A stretch of 64,000 bases of DNA from Glacieibacterium sp. (GCF_965200405.1 NZ_OZ241356.1:2186370-2250369), one strand, 5' to 3'. Shown: positions 43,686 to 53,981, counted from the stretch's first letter. Numbers and translations: made by a program. The notes: a model not told the origin generated them from the letters alone.

Positions 43686-45239
43686 GTGCAAGAGCCTGAA
43701 TCCATCCTCATCCTTGACTTCGGCAGCCAGGTCTCGCAGCTCATCGCCCGCCGCGTCCGCGAAGCCGGGGTCTATTGCGAGCTGGTGCCCTTCTCAAAGG
43801 GCGAGGAGGCGATCGCCCGGCTCGACCCGCGCGCCGTCATCCTGTCTGGAAGCCCCGCCTCCGTCACCGATATCGGCGCCCCGCGCGCTCCCGACAGCCT
43901 GTTCGAGCGCGGCATCCCTATCCTCGGCATCTGCTATGGCGAGCAGACCATGGCGGCCCAGCTCGGCGGCGAGGTCGGGCCGTCGCTGCACCGCGAGTTC
44001 GGCCGCGCCTATATCGACATCGCCGACGACTGCATGCTGTTCGACGGCCTGTGGAAAGCCGGCGAGCGCCACCAGGTGTGGATGAGCCACGGTGACCGCA
44101 TCGACTCGATCCCGGCGGGCTTCCGTGTCGTCGCCACGACCGAGGGTGCACCGTTCGCCGCCATCGCCGACGACATCAAGCGTCGCTACGGCGTGCAATT
44201 CCACCCGGAGGTCATGCACACGCCCGACGGTGCCAAGCTGATCGCCAACTTCGTTCGCCACGTCGCCGGCTGTACCGCGACCTGGAGCATGGCCGGCTAC
44301 CGCGCCGCCAAGGTCGCCGATATCCGCGCCCAGGTCGGCGACGGCAAGGTGATCTGCGGGCTGTCGGGCGGCGTCGACTCAGCCGTCGCGGCGGTGCTGA
44401 TCCACGAGGCGATCGGTGACCAGCTGACTTGCGTCTTCGTCGATCACGGCCTGATGCGCGCCGGCGAGGCCGAGCAGGTCGTCGGCCTGTTCCGCGAGCA
44501 TTATCATATCCCGCTCGTCCATGTGGACGCCGCCGACACTTTCCTGGGCGGCCTGGCGGGCGTCACCGACCCGGAGCTCAAGCGCAAGTTCATCGGCAAG
44601 ACCTTCATCGACGTCTTCGAGGCCGAGGCGGCACGGATTGGCGGGGCAGGGTTTCTGGCGCAGGGCACGCTGTACCCCGACGTCATCGAGAGCGTCAGCT
44701 ACACCGGCGGACCGAGCGTGACGATCAAGAGCCATCACAATGTCGGCGGTCTGCCGGAGCGCATGAACATGCAGCTCGTCGAGCCCCTGCGCGAGCTGTT
44801 CAAGGACGAGGTCCGCGTCCTCGGCCGCGAGCTCGGCCTGCCCGAGGCCTTCGTCGGCCGCCACCCGTTCCCCGGCCCCGGCCTGGCGATCCGCATCCCC
44901 GGCGAAGTCACCAAGGAAGCCTGCGACACGCTGCGTAAGGCCGACACGATCTTCCTCGACGAGATCCGCAAGGCCGGGCTGTACGATGCGATCTGGCAGG
45001 CGTTCGCCGTGCTGCTGCCGGTGCGGACGGTCGGCGTGATGGGCGACGGCCGGACCTATGACAAGGTCTGTGGCCTGCGCGCCGTGACCTCGGTCGACGG
45101 CATGACCGCCGACGTTTACCCCTTCGACAGCGCCTTCCTCAGCGCCTGCGCCACCCGCATCGTCAACGAGGTGCCCGGCATCAACCGCGTCGTGTATGAC
45201 TATACGTCGAAGCCACCGGGCACGATCGAGTGGGAGTGA
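43686..45239 (+). CDS. guaA: GMP synthase (glutamine-hydrolysing)
   Basis: ...[20 protein letters not shown]...GICYGEQ... (GATase), ...[12 protein letters not shown]... (ATP-PPase), ending GTIEWE. The start is uncertain: GTG 43686 is preferred, GTG 43647 is possible. Confidence 0.93.
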   Translation: MQEPESILILDFGSQVSQLIARRVREAGVYCELVPFSKGEEAIARLDPRAVILSGSPASVTDIGAPRAPDSLFERGIPILGICYGEQTMAAQLGGEVGPSLHREFGRAYIDIADDCMLFDGLWKAGERHQVWMSHGDRIDSIPAGFRVVATTEGAPFAAIADDIKRRYGVQFHPEVMHTPDGAKLIANFVRHVAGCTATWSMAGYRAAKVADIRAQVGDGKVICGLSGGVDSAVAAVLIHEAIGDQLTCVFVDHGLMRAGEAEQVVGLFREHYHIPLVHVDAADTFLGGLAGVTDPELKRKFIGKTFIDVFEAEAARIGGAGFLAQGTLYPDVIESVSYTGGPSVTIKSHHNVGGLPERMNMQLVEPLRELFKDEVRVLGRELGLPEAFVGRHPFPGPGLAIRIPGEVTKEACDTLRKADTIFLDEIRKAGLYDAIWQAFAVLLPVRTVGVMGDGRTYDKVCGLRAVTSVDGMTADVYPFDSAFLSACATRIVNEVPGINRVVYDYTSKPPGTIEWE

Positions 45240-45351
45240 GCTGAGACACTGGCAGCTTCGCTCGGTAAGGTATTGTGCCAAAACGGTACAATCTAGATTG
45301 AGATTTTAGCCGAATTGCCGTAAGTTCGCTTCTTGGTAAAGGGGCGAGCAG

Positions 45352-45618
45352 ATGCATGTTGTCGATGACGTATCGGCCGCGCCGGCCTCCAGCCGAAGCT
45401 GGTTTGTAACTTACCTTCGTACCGGCAGGCGTGTTCCGATTGAGATCGCTGTCACCGAGGGCCTGAAGTTCAATCACCAGCACGACCCGGCGAATGGCCA
45501 GTTTACTTTCGGCAATGGCGGCAACTCGGGGCGGCAGCCACTCAGGGGCGGCGGCGGTGCATCCGGAGGTGGCGGCGCCGGCGGTTCGTTTAGGGGCGGC
45601 GGTAGCGGTGGCTCCTGA
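45352..45618 (+). CDS. 88-aa ORF: unknown N-terminal domain plus Gly-rich linker; probably the detached N-terminus of the downstream nuclease toxin
   Basis: ATG 45352 has AAGGGG upstream. The sequence is MHVVDDVSAAPASSRSWFVTYLRTGRRVPIEIAVTEGLKFNHQHDPANGQFTFGNGG...GGGGASGGGGAGGSFRGGGSGGS*. It overlaps the next ORF by 125 nt in another frame. Confidence 0.45.
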   Translation: MHVVDDVSAAPASSRSWFVTYLRTGRRVPIEIAVTEGLKFNHQHDPANGQFTFGNGGNSGRQPLRGGGGASGGGGAGGSFRGGGSGGS

Positions 45619-46177
45619 AGAGAACCCGCGTGGCCGCGGCACACGCCCGGCCACATCTGTAGGGCCCGGGCGGGCGACGAAGCCTATACCAATAACGCCG
45701 GCCACTCCGCTTTTGCGCTTGGCGCTACCATCCCAGTTAGCCACGGGTTGGCAGGCGATCACACGCAACGGCTACAAGTTCGAAATCGATTCTGCGCAAC
45801 GGACGCGCCGGATCTCTGGAGCGATCACGCTTAATCCCAGCAAGCCGCGTTCTCGGCAAACCCAAGCGCGAGCCGGGGGCACTGACCGATTGCTGACCGA
45901 CGATGGCGGCCACTACATAGCTCGCCAGTTCAACGGACCGACGGACGCGTTCAATCACTTTGCGCAAGACGCGGGGTTCAACCGCGGCGTCTACCGCGTC
46001 CTCGAAGGAAGATGGGCAAAGGCAAGGCTGCAGGGCAAGCTGGTATCGGTCGACATCACTCCCTCATACAACGGCACCTCGACAAGACCCACCTCGGTCA
46101 CCGTTGATTATCGTGTTGGTAGCGCAGAATATACGCATATATTCGCAAACAAAGTTAAGGTGAAACGAGATGATTGA
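45494..46177 (+). CDS. Polymorphic-toxin-like protein with C-terminal Endonuclea_NS_2-type DNA/RNA non-specific nuclease domain (true start uncertain; likely frameshifted relative to 45352 ORF)
   Basis: ...RISGAITLNPSKPRSRQTQARAGGTDRLLTDDGGHYIARQFNGPTDAFNHFAQDAGFNRGVYRVLEGRWAKARLQGKLVSVDITPSYNGTSTRPTSVTVDYRVG... follows the D-x-GH-x-IA / N-x-x-x-Q / NRG / W / G-x-V-x-V / RP pattern of YeeF/YobL-type toxin nucleases. Confidence 0.7.
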   Translation: MASLLSAMAATRGGSHSGAAAVHPEVAAPAVRLGAAVAVAPEENPRGRGTRPATSVGPGRATKPIPITPATPLLRLALPSQLATGWQAITRNGYKFEIDSAQRTRRISGAITLNPSKPRSRQTQARAGGTDRLLTDDGGHYIARQFNGPTDAFNHFAQDAGFNRGVYRVLEGRWAKARLQGKLVSVDITPSYNGTSTRPTSVTVDYRVGSAEYTHIFANKVKVKRDD

Positions 46178-46544
46178 CCTTACAGCGGAGCAGATATTGA
46201 GAGAAATCGGTGAAGCCGTCGGACACGAAACAGACAGGCTTGCAAGCGAGATATTCCTGTATGTCGAAATTCAGCCAGCGGTGATTTCGCCTTCCATGTT
46301 CATGGATTACGGAGAAAAGGTAATACACCATTCCGCCTCCGAAAGGCTGACATTTCTTCTTTACGATCTTTGGCTTGCAGACCCGGAAGCTAAGCGTTGG
46401 GCCGCGATGAAGTACATCGTAAACGACGGTCACTTCGAGGCGCTTTTCACTTATCCAAACGAGATCGATCCCGAGGAAGACCAGGACGATCGTCGAGATC
46501 GCATCGTCAGCGAACGGTATCACAACAAGCAAATCATCTTTTAG
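46170..46544 (+). CDS. Cognate immunity protein candidate (YezG/DUF600-like)
   Basis: 124 aa, acidic and low-GC. Its start overlaps the toxin stop by 8 nt (ATGATTGA). The pattern ...EIFLYVEIQPAVISPSMFMDYGEK...LYDLWLADPEAKRWAAMKYIVNDGHFEALFTYPNE... resembles YezG-family antitoxins. Confidence 0.65.
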   Translation: MIDLTAEQILREIGEAVGHETDRLASEIFLYVEIQPAVISPSMFMDYGEKVIHHSASERLTFLLYDLWLADPEAKRWAAMKYIVNDGHFEALFTYPNEIDPEEDQDDRRDRIVSERYHNKQIIF

Positions 46545-46551
46545 GCGCGAT

Positions 46552-46578
46552 ATCGTCGGGGCGGACACCGCCTACGAT
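46552..46578 (+). terminator. Weak terminator-like hairpin after the immunity gene
   Basis: ATCGT...GGCGG ACA CCGCC...ACGAT is followed by TTTG. Confidence 0.3.
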
Positions 46579-46931
46579 TTGAAGTCGGGCACAGGGTGCT
46601 CGCCCAATGGCTCGGCAGTAATTTGACAGATCGTATATGGTCCCACGCCGGCTGGCGACGCAACACTCGGCGCCACACCTGAAACTTGCCAGCCCAACTG
46701 CGCGGGCGACATTTTGCGCGACCTTGCAGGCGCCGTCACTCCGCCGACTACCGGTTGGAGGTTCGGGACCAGGGGCGGACGCGCTGTTCGACACTGGCTA
46801 GATCGAGCATGTCGAGGCTGCACGCAACTATGTCGAACCGCACACGACGCAAGGCATTACACCCGCCGCTTCCGGGATGGAATGTCCGCCCGCCTTTGCC
46901 CCGCACCGCCCGCTGTGGCATGAGCGGCACC

Positions 46932-47798
46932 ATGTCCACGACCTTCACCCTCGACACCTCGACCAGCCGCGCGACACCGACGCCGGCGCCGATGAAGCGG
47001 CTGACGGTGCCGATGATCGCCAGGCGCAAGGGCGGCGAGCCGGTGGTCATGCTGACTGCCTATACGGCGCGGATGGCGCAGTTGCTCGACCGGCACTGCG
47101 ACCTGCTGCTGGTCGGCGACAGCCTGGGGCAGGTGATCTATGGGCTCGACACCACGGTCAAGGTGACGCTCGACATGATGTGCGCGCACGGCGCGGCGGT
47201 GGTGCGCGGCTCCTATCATGCGGTGGTGATCGTCGACATGCCGTTCGGCAGCTATGAGGCGAGCCCGGAGCAGGCGTTCCACTCGGCCTCGCGCGTCATG
47301 GCCGAGACCGGCGCGGCCGGGGTCAAGCTGGAGGGCGGGGTGGCGATGGCGCCGACCGTCGCTTTCCTGGTCGAGCGCGGCATTCCGGTGATCGGCCATG
47401 TCGGCCTGACGCCCCAGGCGGTCAACGTGCTGGGCGGCTATGGCGCGCGCGGCAAGAGCCAGGCGGAATATGCGAAGATCGTCGACGACGCGCAGGCGAT
47501 CGCGCGGGCCGGAGCCTTCGCAATCGTCGTCGAGGGCGTCGTCGAGCCGCTGGGCCGGGCGATCACGTCGAGCGTCGACTGCCTGACCATCGGCATCGGC
47601 GCCTCGCCGGCCTGTGACGGGCAGGTGCTGGTGGTCGACGACATGCTCGGGATGTTCGAGCGCACGGCGCGCTTCGTCCGCCGGTTCGACGACTTTGCCG
47701 GGCGCATCGACACCGCGGCGGCGGCCTATGCGGCGGCGGTTCGCGACCGCAGCTTCCCGGCGGAGGCCGAGCTCTACGCCCCCGTTGCCGCGGGTTAA
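46932..47798 (+). CDS. panB: 3-methyl-2-oxobutanoate hydroxymethyltransferase
   Basis: ...[53 protein letters not shown]...VKLEGG... The start is ATG 46932 or 46920; the ORF-track start 46686 was rejected. Confidence 0.9.
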   Translation: MSTTFTLDTSTSRATPTPAPMKRLTVPMIARRKGGEPVVMLTAYTARMAQLLDRHCDLLLVGDSLGQVIYGLDTTVKVTLDMMCAHGAAVVRGSYHAVVIVDMPFGSYEASPEQAFHSASRVMAETGAAGVKLEGGVAMAPTVAFLVERGIPVIGHVGLTPQAVNVLGGYGARGKSQAEYAKIVDDAQAIARAGAFAIVVEGVVEPLGRAITSSVDCLTIGIGASPACDGQVLVVDDMLGMFERTARFVRRFDDFAGRIDTAAAAYAAAVRDRSFPAEAELYAPVAAG

Positions 47799-47887
47799 TC
47801 GACCCCGCCTTATGTTTTGCGCGAAACGACGGTCATGGCTATGGTCCGCCGCGCAAACGCACCTACACATGCCTCGGAGCGACCCAA

Positions 47888-48643
47888 TTGGCCAACACTG
47901 GCGATACTGACGATTCCTTCATCCGCGAAGTCGACGAGGAATACCGGCGCGATCAACTGTCCAGCTTCTGGCGCCGTTATGGCCGTTGGCTGGTCATCGG
48001 CGTCGCCGTCCTGCTGATCGCGCTGGGTGGTTGGCTGTGGTGGAAATCGGAGCAGGCGCGCGAGGCCGGGATCGACGGCGAGCAGTTCAACCTGGCGCTG
48101 ACCAAGCTGGAAACCGGCAACACGCCCGACGCGGTGCCGATCCTCGACAAGCTCGCGGCCGGCAAGACCGGTGGCTATGCGACGCTGGCCCGACTGATGC
48201 AGGCGGCAAACGCGGTCCAGGCCGGCGACAATGGCAAGGCCGTGACGCTGTACAATGCGATCGCCGCCGACACGTCGGAGCCGCAGCCGTTCCGCGACCT
48301 GGCGACGATCAAGGCGACCCGCCTCGAGTTCGACACACTGACGCCCGCCGCCATCGTCGAGCGGATGAAGCCGTTGAGCGTGCCGGGCAATCCGTGGTTC
48401 GGCGTCGCCGGCGAGATGCGGGCGATCGCTTATCTGCGCGACAACAAGGCACCGCTGGCAGCGCCGCTGCTCGCCGGGATCGCCGCCGACATCAGCGTGC
48501 CGCCGACCCTGCGCAACCGCGCCCAGCAGCTTGCCGCGACGATCGGGCAGGGCGTCACGACACCGGCTCCTGCCACGGCTGCCGCCACTCCGGCGGCGCC
48601 CCCTGCCGCAGCTCCCGCTGCCGCCACGCCTGGAGCGAAGTAG
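47888..48643 (+). CDS. YfgM-like TPR membrane protein (ancillary SecYEG translocon subunit family)
   Basis: It has an N-terminal cytoplasmic stretch, a TM helix (WLVIGVAVLLIALGGWLWW) and a TPR-like periplasmic domain. It sits immediately upstream of bamB-der, as yfgM does in E. coli. Confidence 0.7.
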   Translation: MANTGDTDDSFIREVDEEYRRDQLSSFWRRYGRWLVIGVAVLLIALGGWLWWKSEQAREAGIDGEQFNLALTKLETGNTPDAVPILDKLAAGKTGGYATLARLMQAANAVQAGDNGKAVTLYNAIAADTSEPQPFRDLATIKATRLEFDTLTPAAIVERMKPLSVPGNPWFGVAGEMRAIAYLRDNKAPLAAPLLAGIAADISVPPTLRNRAQQLAATIGQGVTTPAPATAAATPAAPPAAAPAAATPGAK

Positions 48644-48646
48644 ATC

Positions 48647-49963
48647 ATGCGTAAGGCAAATTGGGTCGCGGTGCCGCTGGTGCTCGCACTGGCGTCGTGC
48701 GGCGTCTTCAAGACCAAGGTCAAGCCGACCACCGTCGGCGAGCGCGTGCCGGTGCTGGATTTCGAGACCAAGGTCGAGGCCGAGGGCGAACTCGCCGACC
48801 TCAAGGTGACGCTGCCGCCGCCCGAGGTCAACGCCGACTGGGCCCAGCCCGGCGGCTCGCCGTCAAAGGCGATGGGGCATCTCGCGGTCGGCGACACGCT
48901 GAGCCAGGCGTGGAGCGTCAGCATCGGCAAGGGCAGTTCCTCGACGGTTCGCCTCAACGCCGCGCCGATCGTGTTCGGCGGCATGGTCTATGCGGTCGAC
49001 ACGACGGGCACCGTCCGCTCGTTCGATGCCACCACCGGTGCCGCCGGCTGGTCGGCGGCGATGACGGTCAAGGGGCAGGAGCAGCACGCCGCCTTCGGTG
49101 GCGGCGTCAGCGCCGGCGATGGCCGCGTCTATGTCATCAGCGGCTTCGGCATCGCCGCGGCGTTCGACGCCAAGACCGGCGCGGAAATCTGGCGCAAGAC
49201 GCTGGGTACGCCGTTCCGCGGCGCGCCGACGGTCGCCAACGGCCGCATCTATGCGCTGACCCAGGACAACCAGTTGTACGCGCTCAGCGCCGACAAGGGC
49301 GAGACCGTATGGAACGTCGCCGGCACCGTCGAGGTCGCCGGCCTGCTCGGGACCGCGGCACCGGCGTTCGCGCAGGACACGCTGGTCGTCGGTTACTCCA
49401 GCGGCGAGCTCAACGCGTTGCGCGCCGAGAACGGCCGCACGGTCTGGGCCGACGCCCTGGCGCGCAGCGGGCGGACGACGGCGCTCAACGCGCTGACCGA
49501 CATCGACGCCTCGCCGGTCATCGATCGCGGCCGGGTGTTCGCCATCGGCCACGGCGGCCGCATGGCGGCGATCGAGCTGTCGACCGGGCAGCGGGTGTGG
49601 GAGCGCAACTTCGCCGGCACCTCGACGCCCTGGGTCGTCGGCGATTTCGTCTATGCCGTGACGCTGGACGGCGAGGTCGTCTGCATGACGCGCGGCGACG
49701 GCAAGATCAAATGGGTCCAGCGGCTGCAGCGCTACACCAACATCAAGAAAAAGACCGGCGCGGTCGAATGGTCGGGCCCGGTGCTGGCCTCCGACCGGCT
49801 GCTCGTCTCGGGCTCCAACCGCGAGCTGGTGACCCTGTCGCCGTATACCGGCAAGCCGATCTCGACGGTCAAGCTCAAGGCCGCGGCCTTCCTGCCGCCG
49901 GTGGTCGCGGGCAAGACGGTGTACCTGCTCACCGACGACGGCAAGCTAACAGCGTATCGTTAA
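48647..49963 (+). CDS. bamB: Outer membrane protein assembly factor BamB
   Basis: It has a lipoprotein signal (VPLVLALASCG) and repeated PQQ-like beta-propeller blades (...VYAVDTTGTVRSFDATTG..., ...IYALTQDNQLYALSADKGE...). It lies upstream of der. Confidence 0.9.
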   Translation: MRKANWVAVPLVLALASCGVFKTKVKPTTVGERVPVLDFETKVEAEGELADLKVTLPPPEVNADWAQPGGSPSKAMGHLAVGDTLSQAWSVSIGKGSSSTVRLNAAPIVFGGMVYAVDTTGTVRSFDATTGAAGWSAAMTVKGQEQHAAFGGGVSAGDGRVYVISGFGIAAAFDAKTGAEIWRKTLGTPFRGAPTVANGRIYALTQDNQLYALSADKGETVWNVAGTVEVAGLLGTAAPAFAQDTLVVGYSSGELNALRAENGRTVWADALARSGRTTALNALTDIDASPVIDRGRVFAIGHGGRMAAIELSTGQRVWERNFAGTSTPWVVGDFVYAVTLDGEVVCMTRGDGKIKWVQRLQRYTNIKKKTGAVEWSGPVLASDRLLVSGSNRELVTLSPYTGKPISTVKLKAAAFLPPVVAGKTVYLLTDDGKLTAYR

Positions 49964-49990
49964 AGGCCAAGGGGCTGTAAGAGGCCCCGC

Positions 49991-51379
49991 ATGTCCACCC
50001 CGATCAAACCAATAGTCGTCATCGTCGGTCGCCCGAACGTCGGCAAGTCCACCCTGTTCAACCGCCTCGTCGGCCGCCGCCTGGCCCTGGTCGACGACAC
50101 GCCCGGCGTCACCCGCGACCGTCGCGAGGGCGCGGCGTCGCTGTTCGACCTCGACTTCACCATCGTCGACACCGCTGGCTTCGAGGATGCCGACGCCGCC
50201 AGCCTGGCGGGCCGGATGCGCGCCCAGACCGATGCCGCGCTCGGCCATGCCGATGTCGCGCTGCTGGTCTTCGACGCCCGCGCCGGCGTGACGCCGCTCG
50301 ACCGGCATTTCGGCCAGTGGCTGCGCGGTCACAACATGAAGGTCCTGCTGGTCGCCAACAAGGCGGAAGGGCGCGCTGCCGAGGGCGGCGTCGCCGAAAG
50401 CTACGAACTGGGCTACGGCGAGCCGATCCAGATCTCCGCCGAGCACGGCGAGGGCCTCGCCGACCTGTACGAAGCGCTGATGCCGATCCTCGACCCGATC
50501 ATCGCGGCGAACGTCGTGCCCGAGGACACCGACCCCGACGAGAGCGAGGAGGCCGAGGCCGCCCGCCGCTATGCAGAGCCGCTGAAGCTCGCCATCGTCG
50601 GCCGCCCGAACGCCGGCAAGTCGACGCTGATCAACAAGCTGCTCGGCGAGGACCGGCTGGTCGTCGGTCCCGAGGCGGGGATCACCCGCGATTCGATCGC
50701 CATCGACTGGGAATACAATGGCCGCGACGTCCGGCTGGTCGACACCGCCGGCCTGCGTAAGCGCGCCAAGGTCGTCGACAAGCTGGAGCGCATGTCCGCC
50801 GTCGACACCAAGCACGCCGTCGACTTCGCCGAGGTCGTGGTGCTGCTGCTCGACGCGACGCTGGGCCTGGAGTCGCAGGACCTGCGCATCGCCGACCTGG
50901 TGATCAGCGAGGGGCGCGGCCTGATCATCGCGCTCAACAAATGGGACGTCGCCGCCGACCAGTCGAAGCTGTTCCAGGGCGTCCGCAAGGCGCTGGACGA
51001 GGGACTGGCGCAGATCAAGGGCGTGCCGCTGCTCACCGTCTCCGGCCAGACCGGGCGCGGCCTCGACGTGCTGATGAAGGTCGCGTTCGAGGCGCGTGAT
51101 GCGTGGAGCCGGCGCGTCCCGACCTCCGGTCTCAACCGCTGGTTCGAGGCGACCATCGACCGCAACCCGCCGCCGGCCCCCAAGGGCCGCCGCATCAAGC
51201 TGCGCTACGTCACCCAGGTCGCGAGCCGCCCGCCGACCTTCGTGGTCTTCGGCAACCGCACCGACGAGCTGCCCGAGAGCTATCGCCGCTACCTCGTCAA
51301 TGGCCTGCGCGACGAACTCGGCTTCGAGGGCGTGCCGATCCGCCTGACCTTCCGCGGCAGCAAGAACCCCTTCGACTGA
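49991..51379 (+). CDS. der: Ribosome biogenesis GTPase Der (EngA)
   Basis: It has two tandem G domains ([14 protein letters not shown] and [14 protein letters not shown]) and a KH-like C-terminus. Confidence 0.95.
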   Translation: MSTPIKPIVVIVGRPNVGKSTLFNRLVGRRLALVDDTPGVTRDRREGAASLFDLDFTIVDTAGFEDADAASLAGRMRAQTDAALGHADVALLVFDARAGVTPLDRHFGQWLRGHNMKVLLVANKAEGRAAEGGVAESYELGYGEPIQISAEHGEGLADLYEALMPILDPIIAANVVPEDTDPDESEEAEAARRYAEPLKLAIVGRPNAGKSTLINKLLGEDRLVVGPEAGITRDSIAIDWEYNGRDVRLVDTAGLRKRAKVVDKLERMSAVDTKHAVDFAEVVVLLLDATLGLESQDLRIADLVISEGRGLIIALNKWDVAADQSKLFQGVRKALDEGLAQIKGVPLLTVSGQTGRGLDVLMKVAFEARDAWSRRVPTSGLNRWFEATIDRNPPPAPKGRRIKLRYVTQVASRPPTFVVFGNRTDELPESYRRYLVNGLRDELGFEGVPIRLTFRGSKNPFD

Positions 51380-51426
51380 CGCGACGAGCGGGACAGCATT
51401 CAGTGAAGCCAGAGAGTGGTGCAGGC

Positions 51427-52071
51427 ATGAACGACCGGGTGCTCTACGATTATTGGCGCTCGTCGGCGTCGTATCGGGTGCGGATCGCGCTGGCGATCAA
51501 GGGGCTGGATTACACCGCCAAGCCGGTCGACCTGCGCAGCGGCGCGCAGTCCGGCGTCGGCTTCACCATGCTCAACCCGCAGGGGCTGGTGCCGCTGCTG
51601 ATCGACGGCGACGTGGCGATCAACCAGAGCCTCGCGATCATCGAATGGCTGGAGGAAACGCATCCCGAGCCGTCGCTGCTGCCCGGCGACGCGACCGCCC
51701 GGGCGCGCATCCGGGCCGCCGCGCTGACCATCGTCGCCGACGTCCATCCGATCAACAACCTCCGCGTCCTCAAGTATCTGAAGAGCGAACTGGGACAGGA
51801 GCAGGAGGCGATCGACACCTGGGGCCGGCACTGGATCGAGCTTGGCCTGTCGGCGCTGGAGGAGATCGCGGAAGGCTCGCCCGGCCCGTTCCTGTTCGGC
51901 GCGCAGGTGACGCTCGCCGACGTCTGCCTGGTGCCGCAGATGTACAATGCCCGCCGCTTGCAGGCCGATGTTGCGCGCTTCCCCAAGCTGGGTAACATCG
52001 ACAAGCGGCTGAACGGCCTCAAGGCCTTCCAGCAAGCGCGTCCGGAACGCCAGCCGGGGGCGGATCAATAA
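51427..52071 (+). CDS. maiA: Maleylacetoacetate isomerase (zeta-class GST)
   Basis: MNDRVLYDYWRSSASYRVRIALAIKGLDY...NPQGLVPLL...; trimmed from ORF 51103. Confidence 0.85.
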   Translation: MNDRVLYDYWRSSASYRVRIALAIKGLDYTAKPVDLRSGAQSGVGFTMLNPQGLVPLLIDGDVAINQSLAIIEWLEETHPEPSLLPGDATARARIRAAALTIVADVHPINNLRVLKYLKSELGQEQEAIDTWGRHWIELGLSALEEIAEGSPGPFLFGAQVTLADVCLVPQMYNARRLQADVARFPKLGNIDKRLNGLKAFQQARPERQPGADQ

Positions 52072-52090
52072 CGGCGGGGGGAGAAGCGCC

Positions 52091-53008
52091 GTGCATCCAC
52101 ACACCATCGTCGCCGAGGGGCTGCAGTTTCCCGAAGGCCCGGTGTGGTGCGAGGACGGCTCGATCATCGTCGTCGAGATCAAGGCGGGGCGACTGACCCG
52201 TATCCACCCGGACGGCCGTACCGAAGTCATCGCCACGCCCGGCGGCGGCCCAAACGGTGCCGCGATCGGCCCCGATGGCGCGCTGTACCTGTGCAACAAC
52301 GGCGGCTTCGAATGGAGCGAGATGGGCGGCATGACGCTGCCCGGCGGCGCCGCGGCCGATTATGCCACCGGACGGATCGAGCGCGTCGACCTGCGCACCG
52401 GCACGGTCGAGCGATTGTACGCTGAGTGTGACGGCGTTGCGCTGTCAGGGCCGAACGACATCGTCTTCGACGCGGATGGCGGCTTCTGGTTCACCGACCT
52501 CGGCAAGCATTTCCATGCGCACACCAGCCACGGTGGGCTGTTCCATGCCCGCGCCGACGGCTCCCGCATCACCTGCGCCGTCCGTGGTCCGAACCTCAAC
52601 GGCGTCGGCCTGTCGCCCGATGGCCGCACCGTCTATGCCGCGCACACGCAGGAGCGGCTGGTGCTGGCGTTCGACATCACCGGCCCCGGCAGCGTCGCGC
52701 CGTCGCCGCTGCCCGCGCTGCCCGGCCGGGTGGTGACCAGCTTTCCCGGCCGCGTGCTGCTCGACAGCCTGGCGATCGAGGCGGACGGCAACATCGCCCA
52801 GGCGACGCTGGTCGAGCATCCCGGCGTCTGCTCGATCGACCCGGCCACCGGCGCGCAGGCGTTCTTCGACTTCCCCGACCTGCTGACCACCAACATCTGC
52901 TTCGGCGGCGGCGACATGATGGACGCCTGGGTGACGCTGTCCTCGACCGGCAAGCTGGCGCGCTGCCGCTGGCCGCGTCCGGGCCTGCGGCTGGCGCATT
53001 ACTGTTGA
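52091..53008 (+). CDS. SMP-30/gluconolactonase/LRE family protein
   Basis: (GTG start)HPHTIVAEGLQFPEGPVWCEDGSIIVVE...GGPNGAAIGPDGALY...NDIVFDADGGFWFTD...NGVGLSPDG... has the six-blade propeller lactonase pattern. Confidence 0.85.
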   Translation: MHPHTIVAEGLQFPEGPVWCEDGSIIVVEIKAGRLTRIHPDGRTEVIATPGGGPNGAAIGPDGALYLCNNGGFEWSEMGGMTLPGGAAADYATGRIERVDLRTGTVERLYAECDGVALSGPNDIVFDADGGFWFTDLGKHFHAHTSHGGLFHARADGSRITCAVRGPNLNGVGLSPDGRTVYAAHTQERLVLAFDITGPGSVAPSPLPALPGRVVTSFPGRVLLDSLAIEADGNIAQATLVEHPGVCSIDPATGAQAFFDFPDLLTTNICFGGGDMMDAWVTLSSTGKLARCRWPRPGLRLAHYC

Positions 53009-53084
53009 GCCGCAAAGCGGAGCTTTCGGGCAGCATCCGCTTGGTTGCTGGTCAACCACGGCGAAATGATCGACACGACGCCGG

Positions 53085-53981
53085 ATGACGCTGACCCACC
53101 TCGACCGGCTCGAAGCCGAGGCCATTCACATCCTGCGCGAGACCGTCGCCGAGGCCGAGAACCCGGTGATGCTGTACTCGATCGGCAAGGATTCCGCCGT
53201 GATGCTGCACCTGGCGAAGAAGGCGTTCTATCCGGCGCCGCCGCCGTTCCCGCTGCTCCACGTCGACACCAGCTGGAAATTCCGCGCGATGTACGACCTG
53301 CGCGAAAAGGCGGCCGACGCGGCGGGCATGAAGCTGCTGGTCTGGAAGAACCCCGATGCGGTGGCGCGCGGCATCAACCCGTTCGATCACGGCTCGGCGG
53401 TGCATACCGACCTGTGGAAGACGCAGGGGCTGAAGCAGGCGCTCGACCATTACAAGTTCGACGTCGCCTTTGGCGGTGCCCGCCGCGACGAGGAGAAGAG
53501 CCGCGCCAAGGAGCGCATCTTCAGCTTCCGCTCCGCCAGCCACGGCTGGGACCCCAAGGCGCAGCGCCCCGAATTGTGGCGCCTCTACAATGCCCGCAAG
53601 CACCCGGGCGAGAGCATCCGCGTCTTCCCGCTGTCGAACTGGACCGAGCTCGACGTCTGGCAGTACATCGCCGCCGAAAAGATCGACATCGTCGACCTGT
53701 ACTTCGCCGCCGACCGCCCGGTCGTCGAGCAGGACGGCATGCTGGTCATGGTCGACGACGAGCGCTTTCCGCTGAACGGCCGGGTGCCTGAAATGCGCTC
53801 GGTGCGCTTCCGGACTTTGGGCTGCTACCCGCTGACCGGCGCGGTCGAGAGCGACGCGACGACGCTTCCCGACGTGATCCGCGAGATGCTGCTGACCACC
53901 ACATCCGAGCGGCAGGGCCGGGCGATCGACCGCGACGCCTCCGCCAGCATGGAGCTGAAGAAGCGCGAGGGCTATTTCTGA
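53085..53981 (+). CDS. cysD: Sulfate adenylyltransferase subunit 2
   Basis: [44 protein letters not shown]... Confidence 0.95.
   Translation: MTLTHLDRLEAEAIHILRETVAEAENPVMLYSIGKDSAVMLHLAKKAFYPAPPPFPLLHVDTSWKFRAMYDLREKAADAAGMKLLVWKNPDAVARGINPFDHGSAVHTDLWKTQGLKQALDHYKFDVAFGGARRDEEKSRAKERIFSFRSASHGWDPKAQRPELWRLYNARKHPGESIRVFPLSNWTELDVWQYIAAEKIDIVDLYFAADRPVVEQDGMLVMVDDERFPLNGRVPEMRSVRFRTLGCYPLTGAVESDATTLPDVIREMLLTTTSERQGRAIDRDASASMELKKREGYF

Noticed and set aside
45613-45619. prfB-style programmed +1 frameshift at TCC TGA A joining the two toxin frames.
   Set aside because: The geometry (stop codon, +1 frame open) fits. However, the P-site codon UCC cannot re-pair well in the +1 position (CCU), and only a weak GGUGG SD-like element is present. 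A mutation or assembly error in the GGC/GGT tract is more parsimonious.
46155-46568. 137-aa minus-strand ORF overlapping the immunity gene.
   Set aside because: It is exactly antisense to the better-supported, toxin-coupled plus-strand ORF. It has no RBS or motif support.
45240-46930. tRNA fragment, integrase, or direct-repeat att sites bounding the toxin/immunity islet.
   Set aside because: No tRNA-like T-arm, no recombinase ORF and no convincing flanking direct repeat were found. The only similarity between flanks is weak (GCTCGG..AGTAAT). The mobility mechanism therefore remains unsupported.
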